NCBI GenBank assembly: GCA_034430695.1
Contig: DAOUEE010000200.1
Span: forward strand, 19,834 to 83,833
Direction of reading: 5' to 3'
DNA: 64,000 nucleotides
Source of the DNA: Anaerolineales bacterium
GTDB taxonomy: Bacteria; Chloroflexota; Anaerolineae; Anaerolineales; E44-bin32
A model generated the notes under the pieces. The model saw only the letters and a list, made by a program, of their open reading frames with translations, was not told the DNA's origin and did not search any database. Position 1 is the first letter of the stretch. Each line of letters starts with the position of its first letter. Shown here piece by piece: positions 54,998-64,000 of the stretch. The translations under genes and the position numbers were made by a program.

Positions 54998-57900
54998 ATG
55001 TTCAAAGCAGTACCTAGTCAAATCGATTTCGTCGCGCAGGAACACGAGATCCTCAAGTTCTGGGAACAGACGAACGCCTTTGAGAAGCTGATAGCCTTGC
55101 GCCAGGACGGACCGATATGGTCGTTCATCGATGGCCCGATCACGGCCAACAATCCGATGGGCGTCCACCATGGATGGGGCCGGACGTACAAAGATCTATT
55201 CCATCGCTATAAGAGTATGCAAGGGCACCATACACGCTACCAGAATGGCTTCGACTGTCAGGGATTGTGGGTCGAGGTCAACGTCGAGCGGGATAAGGGT
55301 TTCAAAACCAAGCACGATATCGAAGAGTTCGGCCTGGCGAAGTTCGTCGTACTTTGCAAACAGCGGGTGCTCAACTACGCTGCCGTGCAAACCGAGCAAA
55401 GTATCCGGCTGGGATACTGGATGGATTGGAACGACCCGCAGCGGCTGCACTGGCTGAGTGAAAAGCTGGGTGAAGATCCGGCCCAACGCATCGAATTCCC
55501 AGGTCCCAATGGCCCGGTGAAAAATAGCGTGGAATACATCGTCGGACATCTGGGAATGCCGGAATTGGGAGGATCCTACTTCACCTTTTCCGACGAGAAC
55601 AATTACACCATCTGGTCGGTGCTCAAATCGTGCGACGAACGCGGCTGGATCTATAAAGGAACGGATGTGATGCCCTGGTGCTGGCGCTGCGGCACCGGGC
55701 TGAGTCAGCATGAGATCGTGACCGAAGGATACCAGGAGAAGACCCATCCCAGCATCACGTTGCGATTTCCGCTCAAAGACCGGCCGGGTGAGAGCCTCTT
55801 GGTCTGGACGACGACACCCTGGACGCTGACGAGCAACGTGGCGGCGGCTGTCGGCCCGGAACTGACGTACGCGCGCGTGAAGCAAGGCGACGAGTACTTC
55901 TATCTCAGCCGCGGTACGCTGCACATGCTGAAAGGCGAATACGAGGTCGTAGGGGAACTTCCCGGTTCGGCAATGGAAGGCTGGGCGTATGAGGGTCCCT
56001 TCGACGAACTGCCGGCACAAATCGAGAAAAAATCTCCGGATGCGCACCGCGTGATCCTTTGGGATGAGGTCGGGGAGGAAGAAGGCACCGGCATCGTGCA
56101 CATCGCGCCGGGCTGCGGCGCCGAAGACTTCGCCCTGGGTAAGGAATACGAGTTACCGGTCATCGCGCCGCTGAATGAATCCGGGCACTTTGGGGATCAC
56201 TTCGGTTGGTTGAGCGGGATGCACGTCAATGGCATCTCGCAGCCGATCTTCGAGAATCTTGCCGAGAAGGGGCTGTCTTACCGTGTCGACGACTATACCC
56301 ACCGCTACCCGGTATGCTGGCGCTGCGGCGAGGATTTGGTGTTCCGTCTGGTGGATGAATGGTTCATCTCGATGGGCGTTCAGTTGGACAAGCCGTACGA
56401 AGAAGTAACCCAGGCGGAGAAGGACGACAACCTGCGCTACCAGATGATGGAAGTGGTGATCGACGAGACCAACTGGTATCCGTCCTTCGGATTCGAGCGC
56501 GAATTGGATTGGCTGCGCAACATGCACGATTGGATGATCTCGAAAAAGCGCTACTGGGGACTTGCCCTTCCGATTTGGGAGTGCAGCAAATGCGGTAATT
56601 ACGACATCATCGGCAGCAAGGAGGAACTACAAGAACGTGCCGTCGCCGGATGGGAAGAATTCGAAGGCCATTCGCCGCATCGGCCGTTCGTCGATGCCGT
56701 GAAAATCGAATGCAGCCAGTGCGGTGGCCAGGTCGAACGGATCCCGGATGTGGGCAATCCGTGGTTGGATGCGGGAATCGTTGGAATGAGTACGCTTTCG
56801 TACCATTCGAATCCCGAATATTGGCGTAAGTGGTTCCCCGCCGATTTGATCAGTGAGAGTTTTCCGGGACAGTTCCGTAACTGGTTTTACAGTCTCCTGG
56901 CCATGAGCACGATTCTCGAACGCAAGGCTCCGTTCCGCGATGTCTTCACCTATGCCACGCTGCTCGCAGAAGACGGCCGCGCCATGCATAAGTCCTGGGG
57001 TAACGCCATTGAATTCAACGAAGCCGCGGATAAAATGGGCGTCGATGTGATGCGCTGGCTCTACTGCAACCACAAGCCCGAGCGCGACCTCATTTTTGGC
57101 TATCACCGCGCGGACGAGGTCCGGCGGCAGTTCTTGATCCCACTGTGGAACGTGTATTCCTTCTTCGTCACTTACGCCAATATCGACGAATGGGTACCTG
57201 ATGGAAGCCGAAAGGTCTCCTACAGCCAGATCGATAACTGGATACTCTCCCGACTCAACGAGCTGATGAATCAGATCAAGAACGGCCTGGACAACTACGA
57301 GCCGGATGCTGCTACCGATGCTGTCAATCAATACCTCGACGATCTCAGCAATTGGTATTTACGCCGGAGCCGCAGGCGATTTTGGGCGAAAGCCGGCGCG
57401 AGCGAAGATTCCGATGAAGACAAACATGCCGCTTATTCCACGCTGTATGAGGTGCTGACAACGCTGGCCAAGATCCTGGCCCCGTTCGTGCCGTTCGTGA
57501 CGGAGGCGATGTACCAGAACCTCGTCCGTACGGTCGACCAGGAAGCCCCGGAAAGTGTGCATCACTGCGATTGGCCGCTGGCGAATCCAAAACTCATCGA
57601 TCAAAAATTGATGGCGGACATGGCGCTGGTGACGAAGCTGGTCTCTTTGGGCCACGCTGCGCGCAACAAAGCCAATCGTAAACTGCGTCAACCGCTGAGC
57701 CAGGCTGCGTTCTTCGTCGGAACGAAGGACGAAGCGGAGACGGTACGTCAATATGCGGATCTGATCCTCGAGGAATTGAACGTGAAGGAGATCCGCCTCC
57801 TGGACGCCGTTTCCGAAGCCGCTGCTTTGCGAATCAAACCGCTTCCGAAACAGTTGGGACAGAAATACGGCTCGCGTTTTCCGGCCATCCGAAAGGCGAT

Positions 57901-58366
57901 TCAATCCATGCGGCCAGAGGATTCGGAGGACTTCGCCGTAAAGCTCTTGAAAGAGGGTGGTACTTTCACGATCGATGTTGAGGGGGAGAAGATCGAGGTC
58001 CTGCCGGAAGAAGTTGAGGTTCAGATCGACGCCCACGAAGGTTTTGTCGCCGTTGCCGAAGGTGCGAAGGTCGTTGCGCTCAACACGGAATTGACGCCGG
58101 ATTTGATGCTCGAAGGTCTGGCGCGGGAATTCGTGCGGCGCATACAGGACCTGCGCAAACAAGCTGATCTGCGGGTGGACGAACGTATTCGCATCGAATA
58201 CAAAGCCAGCGAGCGGCTCGGCGAAGCGGTAAAACATCACCGCGACTACATCCTGGGTGAAACCCTTGGCGTCTCCCTCGAAGCTGTCGAAGCACCTTCT
58301 GGACTCGCTACCGCTTCGCACGATTTCGATGGAGAGACTCTCGTCGTGGCGCTGCAGGAAGCATAG
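54998..58366 (+). CDS. ileS: isoleucine--tRNA ligase (long, type 2-like)
   Basis: 1122 aa with GPITANNPMGVHHGWGRTYKD (HIGH region), a CP1 editing domain, Zn-type CWRC pairs, and AMHKSWGN at the KMSKS position. Confidence 0.95.
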   Translation: MFKAVPSQIDFVAQEHEILKFWEQTNAFEKLIALRQDGPIWSFIDGPITANNPMGVHHGWGRTYKDLFHRYKSMQGHHTRYQNGFDCQGLWVEVNVERDKGFKTKHDIEEFGLAKFVVLCKQRVLNYAAVQTEQSIRLGYWMDWNDPQRLHWLSEKLGEDPAQRIEFPGPNGPVKNSVEYIVGHLGMPELGGSYFTFSDENNYTIWSVLKSCDERGWIYKGTDVMPWCWRCGTGLSQHEIVTEGYQEKTHPSITLRFPLKDRPGESLLVWTTTPWTLTSNVAAAVGPELTYARVKQGDEYFYLSRGTLHMLKGEYEVVGELPGSAMEGWAYEGPFDELPAQIEKKSPDAHRVILWDEVGEEEGTGIVHIAPGCGAEDFALGKEYELPVIAPLNESGHFGDHFGWLSGMHVNGISQPIFENLAEKGLSYRVDDYTHRYPVCWRCGEDLVFRLVDEWFISMGVQLDKPYEEVTQAEKDDNLRYQMMEVVIDETNWYPSFGFERELDWLRNMHDWMISKKRYWGLALPIWECSKCGNYDIIGSKEELQERAVAGWEEFEGHSPHRPFVDAVKIECSQCGGQVERIPDVGNPWLDAGIVGMSTLSYHSNPEYWRKWFPADLISESFPGQFRNWFYSLLAMSTILERKAPFRDVFTYATLLAEDGRAMHKSWGNAIEFNEAADKMGVDVMRWLYCNHKPERDLIFGYHRADEVRRQFLIPLWNVYSFFVTYANIDEWVPDGSRKVSYSQIDNWILSRLNELMNQIKNGLDNYEPDAATDAVNQYLDDLSNWYLRRSRRRFWAKAGASEDSDEDKHAAYSTLYEVLTTLAKILAPFVPFVTEAMYQNLVRTVDQEAPESVHHCDWPLANPKLIDQKLMADMALVTKLVSLGHAARNKANRKLRQPLSQAAFFVGTKDEAETVRQYADLILEELNVKEIRLLDAVSEAAALRIKPLPKQLGQKYGSRFPAIRKAIQSMRPEDSEDFAVKLLKEGGTFTIDVEGEKIEVLPEEVEVQIDAHEGFVAVAEGAKVVALNTELTPDLMLEGLAREFVRRIQDLRKQADLRVDERIRIEYKASERLGEAVKHHRDYILGETLGVSLEAVEAPSGLATASHDFDGETLVVALQEA

Positions 58367-58528
58367 GCTCCTTGCAGCAAGACGACGATCCCAGATCAGG
58401 TTTTGGTGAGTGTACTTTTTCGAAGTCTCCAAGGGATTCTTGCCCTTGGAGACTTCGTATACATTACAGAAGCGCACTACGCAAGGTGCTGACGATTCGG
58501 TACAATTGCCTTGGGAGCAATTCCCCGT

Positions 58529-59095
58529 ATGGAGGTAGATTTGACGAAAGCACGAAAATACCTGACCTTGATCGGCATTGCGGGTCTCGTCGTAGCGCTC
58601 GATCAATGGACGAAGTACCTGGTCCGCACACAGCTGCAGGTTGGAGAGACCTGGATGCCCATCGACTGGCTGGCGCCGTACGTGCGTGTCGTGCATTGGA
58701 GCAACACGGGGGCAGCGTTTGGGATGATTCCCAGCGGAAGTATTTTTTTCACCATCGTCGCCATCCTGGTTTCGATCGCCATCATCATCTATTATCCAAG
58801 GATTCCAGCGAGGCAGGTCGCCGTGCGTTTCGCCTTGGCGCTGCAGCTGGGCGGTGCGCTGGGTAATCTCACCGACCGCCTCATATCAAATTTTACGGTC
58901 ACGGATTTCATCTCCGTCGGCACCTTTCCGGTGTTCAACGTCGCCGATTCGAGCGTGTCGATCGGATGCGCGATTCTCATCGCTGCGATGTGGATCGAGG
59001 AACGTAAAGAACGCGCTGGAAAGCCGGCCGTTCCTGCATCTACGGAGAATTCGAGTGAGGATCCGGTTTCCAACCTGGAGCAACCCGTTGAGTGA
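58529..59095 (+). CDS. lspA: lipoprotein signal peptidase II
   Basis: LDQWTK, NTGAAFG and FNVADS motifs with four TM helices. Start is ambiguous (TTG 58511, ATG 58529 or TTG 58541). Confidence 0.9.
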   Translation: MEVDLTKARKYLTLIGIAGLVVALDQWTKYLVRTQLQVGETWMPIDWLAPYVRVVHWSNTGAAFGMIPSGSIFFTIVAILVSIAIIIYYPRIPARQVAVRFALALQLGGALGNLTDRLISNFTVTDFISVGTFPVFNVADSSVSIGCAILIAAMWIEERKERAGKPAVPASTENSSEDPVSNLEQPVE

Positions 59096-60006
59096 GTGAA
59101 CGACGCATCCGCTGCCAGGCTCCATCCTCCGGGGGAAGACTAGACTTGTGTTTGGTCGACAACACGAGCGACCTATCCCGTACGCACATCCAACGCTTGA
59201 TACGTAACGGCTTGGTTACGATCGATGGAAGCGTTGTCCGTAAGCCGGGTCATCAGCTTGAAGGTGGTGAGTGGATTGAGGCGTGCGTTCCCGAACCTGC
59301 ACCATCCGGTCTCGTACCCGAATCCATTTCCCTCGACGTCGTTTTTGAAAATGAGCAGGTCCTGATCGTCAATAAGCCGGCAGGCATGGTCGCACATCCG
59401 TCGGCCGGACATACAGGCGGCACACTGGTCCACGCGGCATTGGCGCATGCACCGGATATCGAAGGTGTAGGTGGAGAGGTCCGGCCCGGCGTCGTGCATC
59501 GCCTGGATAAGGACACTTCGGGCTTAATCATCCTGGCGAAGAGCGACTTGGCGCATCGTTTCATCCAACAGCAATTCAAGAATCGCGAGGTCGAAAAGAC
59601 CTATCTCGCGCTGGTCGATGGCAGGCCCCCAACACCCGAAGGAAAGATCGAAGCGCCGATCGGACGTGATCCGCGCAATCGCAAGCGCATGGCCGTTCTT
59701 ACTCCAGGACGGGGCCGTCCCGCGGCTACGATATACCATACCGTCGAAACGTATCAGCAGTACACTTTGCTCGAAGTCCATCCCCTCACTGGAAGGACGC
59801 ATCAAATACGACTCCATCTGGATTTCATCGGTTGTCCGGTAGCGGGCGATAAACAGTATGGGAAGCGAAGCTCGCGCCATTTACTTTCACGCCAATTCCT
59901 GCATGCCTACAAACTGCGTTTTATTCTCCCGGGCGACGACCGACCCACGGAATTCACGGCGCCTTTGCCGGAAGATCTGCAGCACTTTTTGCAGCAAATC
60001 AAGTAA
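59092..60006 (+). CDS. rluD: RluA-family 23S rRNA pseudouridine synthase (RluD-like)
   Basis: N-terminal S4 domain and catalytic HRLDKDTSGL. GTG start overlaps the lspA stop. Confidence 0.9.
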   Translation: MSERRIRCQAPSSGGRLDLCLVDNTSDLSRTHIQRLIRNGLVTIDGSVVRKPGHQLEGGEWIEACVPEPAPSGLVPESISLDVVFENEQVLIVNKPAGMVAHPSAGHTGGTLVHAALAHAPDIEGVGGEVRPGVVHRLDKDTSGLIILAKSDLAHRFIQQQFKNREVEKTYLALVDGRPPTPEGKIEAPIGRDPRNRKRMAVLTPGRGRPAATIYHTVETYQQYTLLEVHPLTGRTHQIRLHLDFIGCPVAGDKQYGKRSSRHLLSRQFLHAYKLRFILPGDDRPTEFTAPLPEDLQHFLQQIK

Positions 60007-60027
60007 TCTGCGGAGGGTTTACCTTCA

Positions 60028-61068
60028 ATGGAACGAGTAGATTTTCGATCGGATACCGTGACGCTTCCCACGCCGGAAATGCGCGCGGCGATGGCTTCGG
60101 CCGAAGTGGGGGACGACGTATACGGCGAAGACCCCAGCATAAACCGGCTGCAAAACCTGGCTGCCGGACTTCTCGGCAAACAGGCTGCTCTGTTCGTGCC
60201 TTCCGGAACGATGGGGAACCTGGCTTCGATCCTGGCCCACTGCCAGCGCGGCGATGAAGTGATCCTCGGGGATCAATCCCATGTCTTCATCAATGAGGCG
60301 GGGGGAATAGCAGCATTCGGTGGAGTCCAGCCGCATACGCTCCCCAACGAAAGTGACGGAACGCTGGATTTGCATGCGATCGAATGCGCCATCCGCCAGG
60401 ATGACGTGCATTATCCCATCAGCCGCCTGATCGTCCTCGAGAACACCCATAATCGTTGCGGTGGCATCCCCTTGACGCTGGAATACAGCCGTGCGGTCGG
60501 CGAGTTGGCCAAGAAACATGGATTGAAATTCCACATCGATGGAGCACGGATATTCAACGCAGCTGTGAAACTGGGCATCTCCGCAGCCGATTTAGCTGCA
60601 CCAGCGGATTCCGTCACCTTCTGCCTCTCCAAGGGACTCTGTGCGCCAGTCGGCAGCGTGATCTGCGGCGACGAGGCGTTCATTACCCGTGCGCACCGTA
60701 TGCGCAAGGCGTTGGGCGGTGGGATGCGCCAGGCGGGTGTCCTGGCTGCGGCCGGAATCGTGGCCTTGAATTCGATGATCGAACGACTGTCCGACGATCA
60801 TCGCCGGGCGCGCGCCATCGCCGACGGCCTGCGGAATATCCCAGGACTCTCGCTGCGCTATGAACGCCCCGCTACGAACATGGTCTATATAGATTTCACG
60901 CCGCAAGCCAAAATGGATGCTTCCGCGGTTGTAGAAGCGATGCGAGAGCAGGGAATCATCCTGCGCGCCTCCGGCGACGGGTCGATCCGGCTGGTCGTTC
61001 ATTATTGGATCGATGACGAAGCGGTCGAACGTTTGTTATCCAATTTCGAACGGTTGTTGCGTGGTTGA
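60028..61068 (+). CDS. ltaE: low-specificity L-threonine aldolase
   Basis: DFRSDTVT N-terminus and a PLP-fold pattern (FCLSKGL with the Lys). Confidence 0.88.
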   Translation: MERVDFRSDTVTLPTPEMRAAMASAEVGDDVYGEDPSINRLQNLAAGLLGKQAALFVPSGTMGNLASILAHCQRGDEVILGDQSHVFINEAGGIAAFGGVQPHTLPNESDGTLDLHAIECAIRQDDVHYPISRLIVLENTHNRCGGIPLTLEYSRAVGELAKKHGLKFHIDGARIFNAAVKLGISAADLAAPADSVTFCLSKGLCAPVGSVICGDEAFITRAHRMRKALGGGMRQAGVLAAAGIVALNSMIERLSDDHRRARAIADGLRNIPGLSLRYERPATNMVYIDFTPQAKMDASAVVEAMREQGIILRASGDGSIRLVVHYWIDDEAVERLLSNFERLLRG

Positions 61069-61236
61069 ACTGAGGTCTTGTGGTATCATAGCGGCGGGAT
61101 GAAAGATCGTATGCACGCTGTTGTATTTCCATATATCTATCCTGGGGGCGGCCAGCGCCCCAGCGAACTCATATGAACACGCCCAGCGGATTTTAGGAGA
61201 TCTATCGGGTAAATTCCTTACTGAGAAGCGACCAAT

Positions 61237-61270
61237 GCGTGGGCTGTGTCAGCCCACGCCTGATTTTTTA
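61237..61270 (+). terminator. intrinsic terminator-like hairpin 20 nt upstream of the tyrS ATG
   Basis: GCGTGGGCT-gtgtc-AGCCCACGC, a 9-bp stem, followed by CTGATTTTTTA. Confidence 0.55.
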
Positions 61271-61290
61271 ATGTCGACGGAGCCATTGCG

Positions 61291-62526
61291 ATGGATGAAA
61301 TGACTTTCGAACAACAAGCCGATTTGCTGATGCAAGGAACTGAATACGGGGACGAAAATCTCAAACAATCGATGCGAGAGGAATTATTGAATCGCCTGAA
61401 ATTAGCAAAGAAGGAAGGACGAACGCTGCGCGTATACTGCGGCTTCGATCCACGCACGACCGATTTGCACCTCGGACATACGGTGCCGATGCGCAAACTG
61501 CGCCAATTCCAAGACCTGGGGCACGAAATCATCTTTTTAATCGGCCGTTTCACGTCATTGGTCGGCGATCCATCCGACAAGGACAAAGTGCGCGCGCAGT
61601 TATCCCCGGAACAGGCGCAGAAAAACGCCGAAACGTACGCCAACCAGGCGTTCCGCATCCTCGATCCGCAGCGGACCAAGGTCGAATACAACGACACCTG
61701 GTTGTCGAAGCTGACGTTCGGGGATCTGATTCATCTTGCCTCGAATTTCACCATCCAGCAGTTCCTTTCGCGAGAGGCTTTTCGAAAACGCTGGGATCAG
61801 GAAGATCCGATTTTCCTTCACGAGTTCTTCTATGCCTTGATGCAGGGATACGATGCCTATCATCTGAAGACCGACGTACAGGTTGGCGGGACCGATCAGC
61901 TCTTCAACATCGTCACCGCAGCCCGGAAGTTGATGGAAGCCAAGGGGGAGAAACCGAACATCGCCATCATTCTCGGCATCCTTCCCGGGACGGACGGTGT
62001 GGTTAAGATGAGCAAATCACTCGGAAATCACATCCCGCTCAACACCACGCCGGAAGACATGTATGGCAAAGTGATGAGTGTGCCCGATGCTGCGATGGGA
62101 GATTACTTCCGGCTGGTGACTCGCTGGACGCCACCGGAGATCGAAGCCATCGAAGCGGGCCTGAATTCCGGAAACTCCCACCCGCGAGACGTGAAGATGA
62201 AACTGGCGCGGGAGATCGTCGAGATTTATTACGGCGAAGATGCGGTCCAGCAGGCAGAGGAGATGTTTATAAAGGTATTTCAGGAGCAAGAAACGCCTTC
62301 CGACATGCCGGATTTCGCCGTCCAACCGGGATCGTCTCTGGTGGCAATCATGCGGGATGCAGGACTGGTGAAGAGCAACAGTGAAGCTCGCCGCCTGGTC
62401 AATCAAAAAGGCGTACGTCTGGGCGATGTCGTCGTCGAGGATGCCGATCAGGCCATGGAAATCAAGACGGCGATCGTGCTGCGGGTGGGGAAACGGCGGT
62501 TCGTGAGGCTGGTGCCTGAAGAATGA
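61291..62526 (+). CDS. tyrS: tyrosine--tRNA ligase
   Basis: HLGH, KMSKSLGN and a C-terminal S4-like domain. Confidence 0.95.
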   Translation: MDEMTFEQQADLLMQGTEYGDENLKQSMREELLNRLKLAKKEGRTLRVYCGFDPRTTDLHLGHTVPMRKLRQFQDLGHEIIFLIGRFTSLVGDPSDKDKVRAQLSPEQAQKNAETYANQAFRILDPQRTKVEYNDTWLSKLTFGDLIHLASNFTIQQFLSREAFRKRWDQEDPIFLHEFFYALMQGYDAYHLKTDVQVGGTDQLFNIVTAARKLMEAKGEKPNIAIILGILPGTDGVVKMSKSLGNHIPLNTTPEDMYGKVMSVPDAAMGDYFRLVTRWTPPEIEAIEAGLNSGNSHPRDVKMKLAREIVEIYYGEDAVQQAEEMFIKVFQEQETPSDMPDFAVQPGSSLVAIMRDAGLVKSNSEARRLVNQKGVRLGDVVVEDADQAMEIKTAIVLRVGKRRFVRLVPEE

Positions 62527-62563
62527 ATAACTGACATCCATATTTTGGAAAGACAGATTATAA

Positions 62564-62590
62564 GGGCTCTGAACCAGGGCCCTTTTTCTA
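62564..62590. terminator. hairpin between convergent tyrS and rtcB
   Basis: GGGCTCTG-aac-CAGGGCCC followed by TTTTTCT. Confidence 0.55.
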
Positions 62591-62615
62591 TTCGTCGACC
62601 GAAACCAGATTCAGC

Positions 62616-64000
62616 TCAGCCTTTAATCACAATGAGCGGCTTGAGACGGGCGACCTTTTTAGCGATTCCCGCCTCGGATACGACGTCGACGACGCTATCC
62701 ACGTCTTTGTAGGCTTGCGGCGCTTCTTCCGCCAGTCCCGGCATCGATCCGGCGCGGATGTGAATCCCTTGGTTTTCGAGCTTGGCCAGGAGCTGGTCGC
62801 CTCGCACGGTGCGTTTCGCCTGCCTGCGGCTCATCGTTCGTCCTGCGCCGTGACACGAAGAGCCGAATGCCAGATCCATGCTCGCCTTCGTACCTAACAA
62901 TACCCATGATCCCGTCCCCATACTACCGGGAACCATCACCGGCTGGCCCAACTCTCGATACTCATCGGGCAGCCCTTCAAAGCCGGGTCCGAACGCGCGT
63001 GTGGCACCCTTGCGGTGCACACAGACGGTTACTTCCTCCCCTTCGATGCTGTGAGTCTCGATCTTTCCCATGTTGTGGGCGATATCGTAGACCAGAGAGA
63101 GATCCCAATCGCCTACCTTGCCGGCCAGGGCTTCCTCGAAAGCCATGCGGGCGTGATGGGTCAGAACCTGACGGTTGGCGAAGGCGTAATTGGCTGCACA
63201 GGCCATGGCGGCGAAATAACGCTTCCCTTCCGGAGAATCCAACGGCGCGCAGACGAGTTCCCGGTCCGGCAGCCGGATGTTGTAGCGCTGGACGGCCTTC
63301 TGGAGTTCGCGAACGTAGTCCGAACAAATCTGATGGCCAAATCCGCGCGAACCACAGTGAATTTGAACGGCCAGGTAATCGGCCCGCAAACCCATCGCCT
63401 GGGCGGCTTCCGCATGGAAGATCTCCTCGACGATGTCGACTTCGATGAAGTGATTTCCGGCGCCCAACGTCCCCAACTGCGGCCGGCCGCGCTGTTTGGC
63501 GCGATCGCTCACGCAGCCAGGATCGGCATCCGCCAAACGTCCCCGTTCCTCCGTTCGCAGCACATCCTCGGGCGTGGCGAATCCGTTTCGTTCGGTCCAC
63601 TCCGAACCCTGGCGGAGTACGTTGTCGAGAGCCTTCGCCGTAAGTCTGACGCTGCCCTTCACGCCTACGCCGCTGGGGCAATGCGCATACAGCGCGCCGG
63701 CCAGATCGTCCAACCATGGCTCGGCTTCGTCTGCGGAAATTCCACTCGCCAGAACTCGAACGCCACAGTTGATGTCGTATCCGATTCCACCAGGGGAAAT
63801 GACGCCGTCGGGCAACTTCGTCGCCGCCACGCCGCCGATGGGAAAGCCGTATCCCTGGTGGACGTCCGGCATGACCACGACGTGGCTCACAAGGCCGGGA
63901 AGGGTCGCGGCATTGATGGCTTGCTCGATCGACCGATCCCCGAGGGTCGCTTCCAGGATCTTCTCGCTGGCGAAGATTCGCACCGGCACACGCATGTCCT
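62616..64000 (-). CDS. rtcB: RNA-splicing ligase RtcB (the N-terminus probably continues beyond the window edge)
   Basis: [21 protein letters not shown] and a C-terminal GAGR motif. The frame stays open upstream of the Met at 63995, and archaeal-type RtcB has about 20 more N-terminal residues. Confidence 0.9.
   Translation of the reverse strand, partial: DMRVPVRIFASEKILEATLGDRSIEQAINAATLPGLVSHVVVMPDVHQGYGFPIGGVAATKLPDGVISPGGIGYDINCGVRVLASGISADEAEPWLDDLAGALYAHCPSGVGVKGSVRLTAKALDNVLRQGSEWTERNGFATPEDVLRTEERGRLADADPGCVSDRAKQRGRPQLGTLGAGNHFIEVDIVEEIFHAEAAQAMGLRADYLAVQIHCGSRGFGHQICSDYVRELQKAVQRYNIRLPDRELVCAPLDSPEGKRYFAAMACAANYAFANRQVLTHHARMAFEEALAGKVGDWDLSLVYDIAHNMGKIETHSIEGEEVTVCVHRKGATRAFGPGFEGLPDEYRELGQPVMVPGSMGTGSWVLLGTKASMDLAFGSSCHGAGRTMSRRQAKRTVRGDQLLAKLENQGIHIRAGSMPGLAEEAPQAYKDVDSVVDVVSEAGIAKKVARLKPLIVIKG

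Noticed and set aside
61090-61290. tyrS upstream region considered as a T-box leader.
   Set aside because: There is no K-turn/AGTA stem I elements, no F-box and no T-box sequence pairing with the terminator 5' arm.

Overview
Moderately GC-rich chromosomal window, densely coding (about 60 CDS and 1 tRNA) and almost entirely housekeeping. I found no rRNA, CRISPR array, transposase, integrase or prophage genes.

Main blocks:
- **Glycolysis cluster:** apgM, yvcK, gap, pgk and tpiA, with a Hanks-type Ser/Thr kinase inserted between pgk and tpiA.
- **upp to phosphohexomutase:** upp, polyprenyl synthase, tatD and a phosphohexomutase.
- **Ribosomal and stringent-response genes:** rpsF-ssb-rpsR, a parvulin PPIase and relA/spoT.
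- **Secretion and translation termination:** secG, prfB (with the canonical +1 frameshift) and ftsY.
- **gltX plus tRNA-Gln(CUG).**
- **Morphogenesis supercluster:** mreB-mreC-mreD-mrdA-minC-minD-minE-rodA.
- **tilS and glnA.**
- **tRNA-modification operon:** thiS-like, ttuA, queF and yhhQ.
- **Translation-fidelity stretch:** a ProRS-like paralogue, a T-box leader, alaX, ileS, lspA, rluD, ltaE, tyrS and rtcB.

The gene content, the class-I T-box and the archaeal-type ApgM suggest a Terrabacteria lineage, probably Chloroflexota. This is inference only.

The one accessory-looking region is 42.9-47.8 kb. It holds a 120-aa unknown protein, then a MalT-like STAND NTPase carrying a C-terminal SARP (wHTH-BTAD) module. 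Next come two exact heptamer direct repeats at 11-bp spacing and a strongly SD-preceded 16-codon Gly-rich ORF with its own terminator. The region ends with a translationally coupled pair: a 96-aa helical protein and a catalytically dead ImmA/IrrE-like protein. This is my best candidate for an undescribed system.

Other items worth follow-up:
- A roughly 320-nt structured, promoter-to-terminator RNA element upstream of glnA that I could not assign to any family.
- A ProRS paralogue with a degenerate catalytic core but an intact editing domain.
- A 1-nt frameshift in alaX.

All calls come from reading the ORF translations and the DNA by eye. No database search was run.
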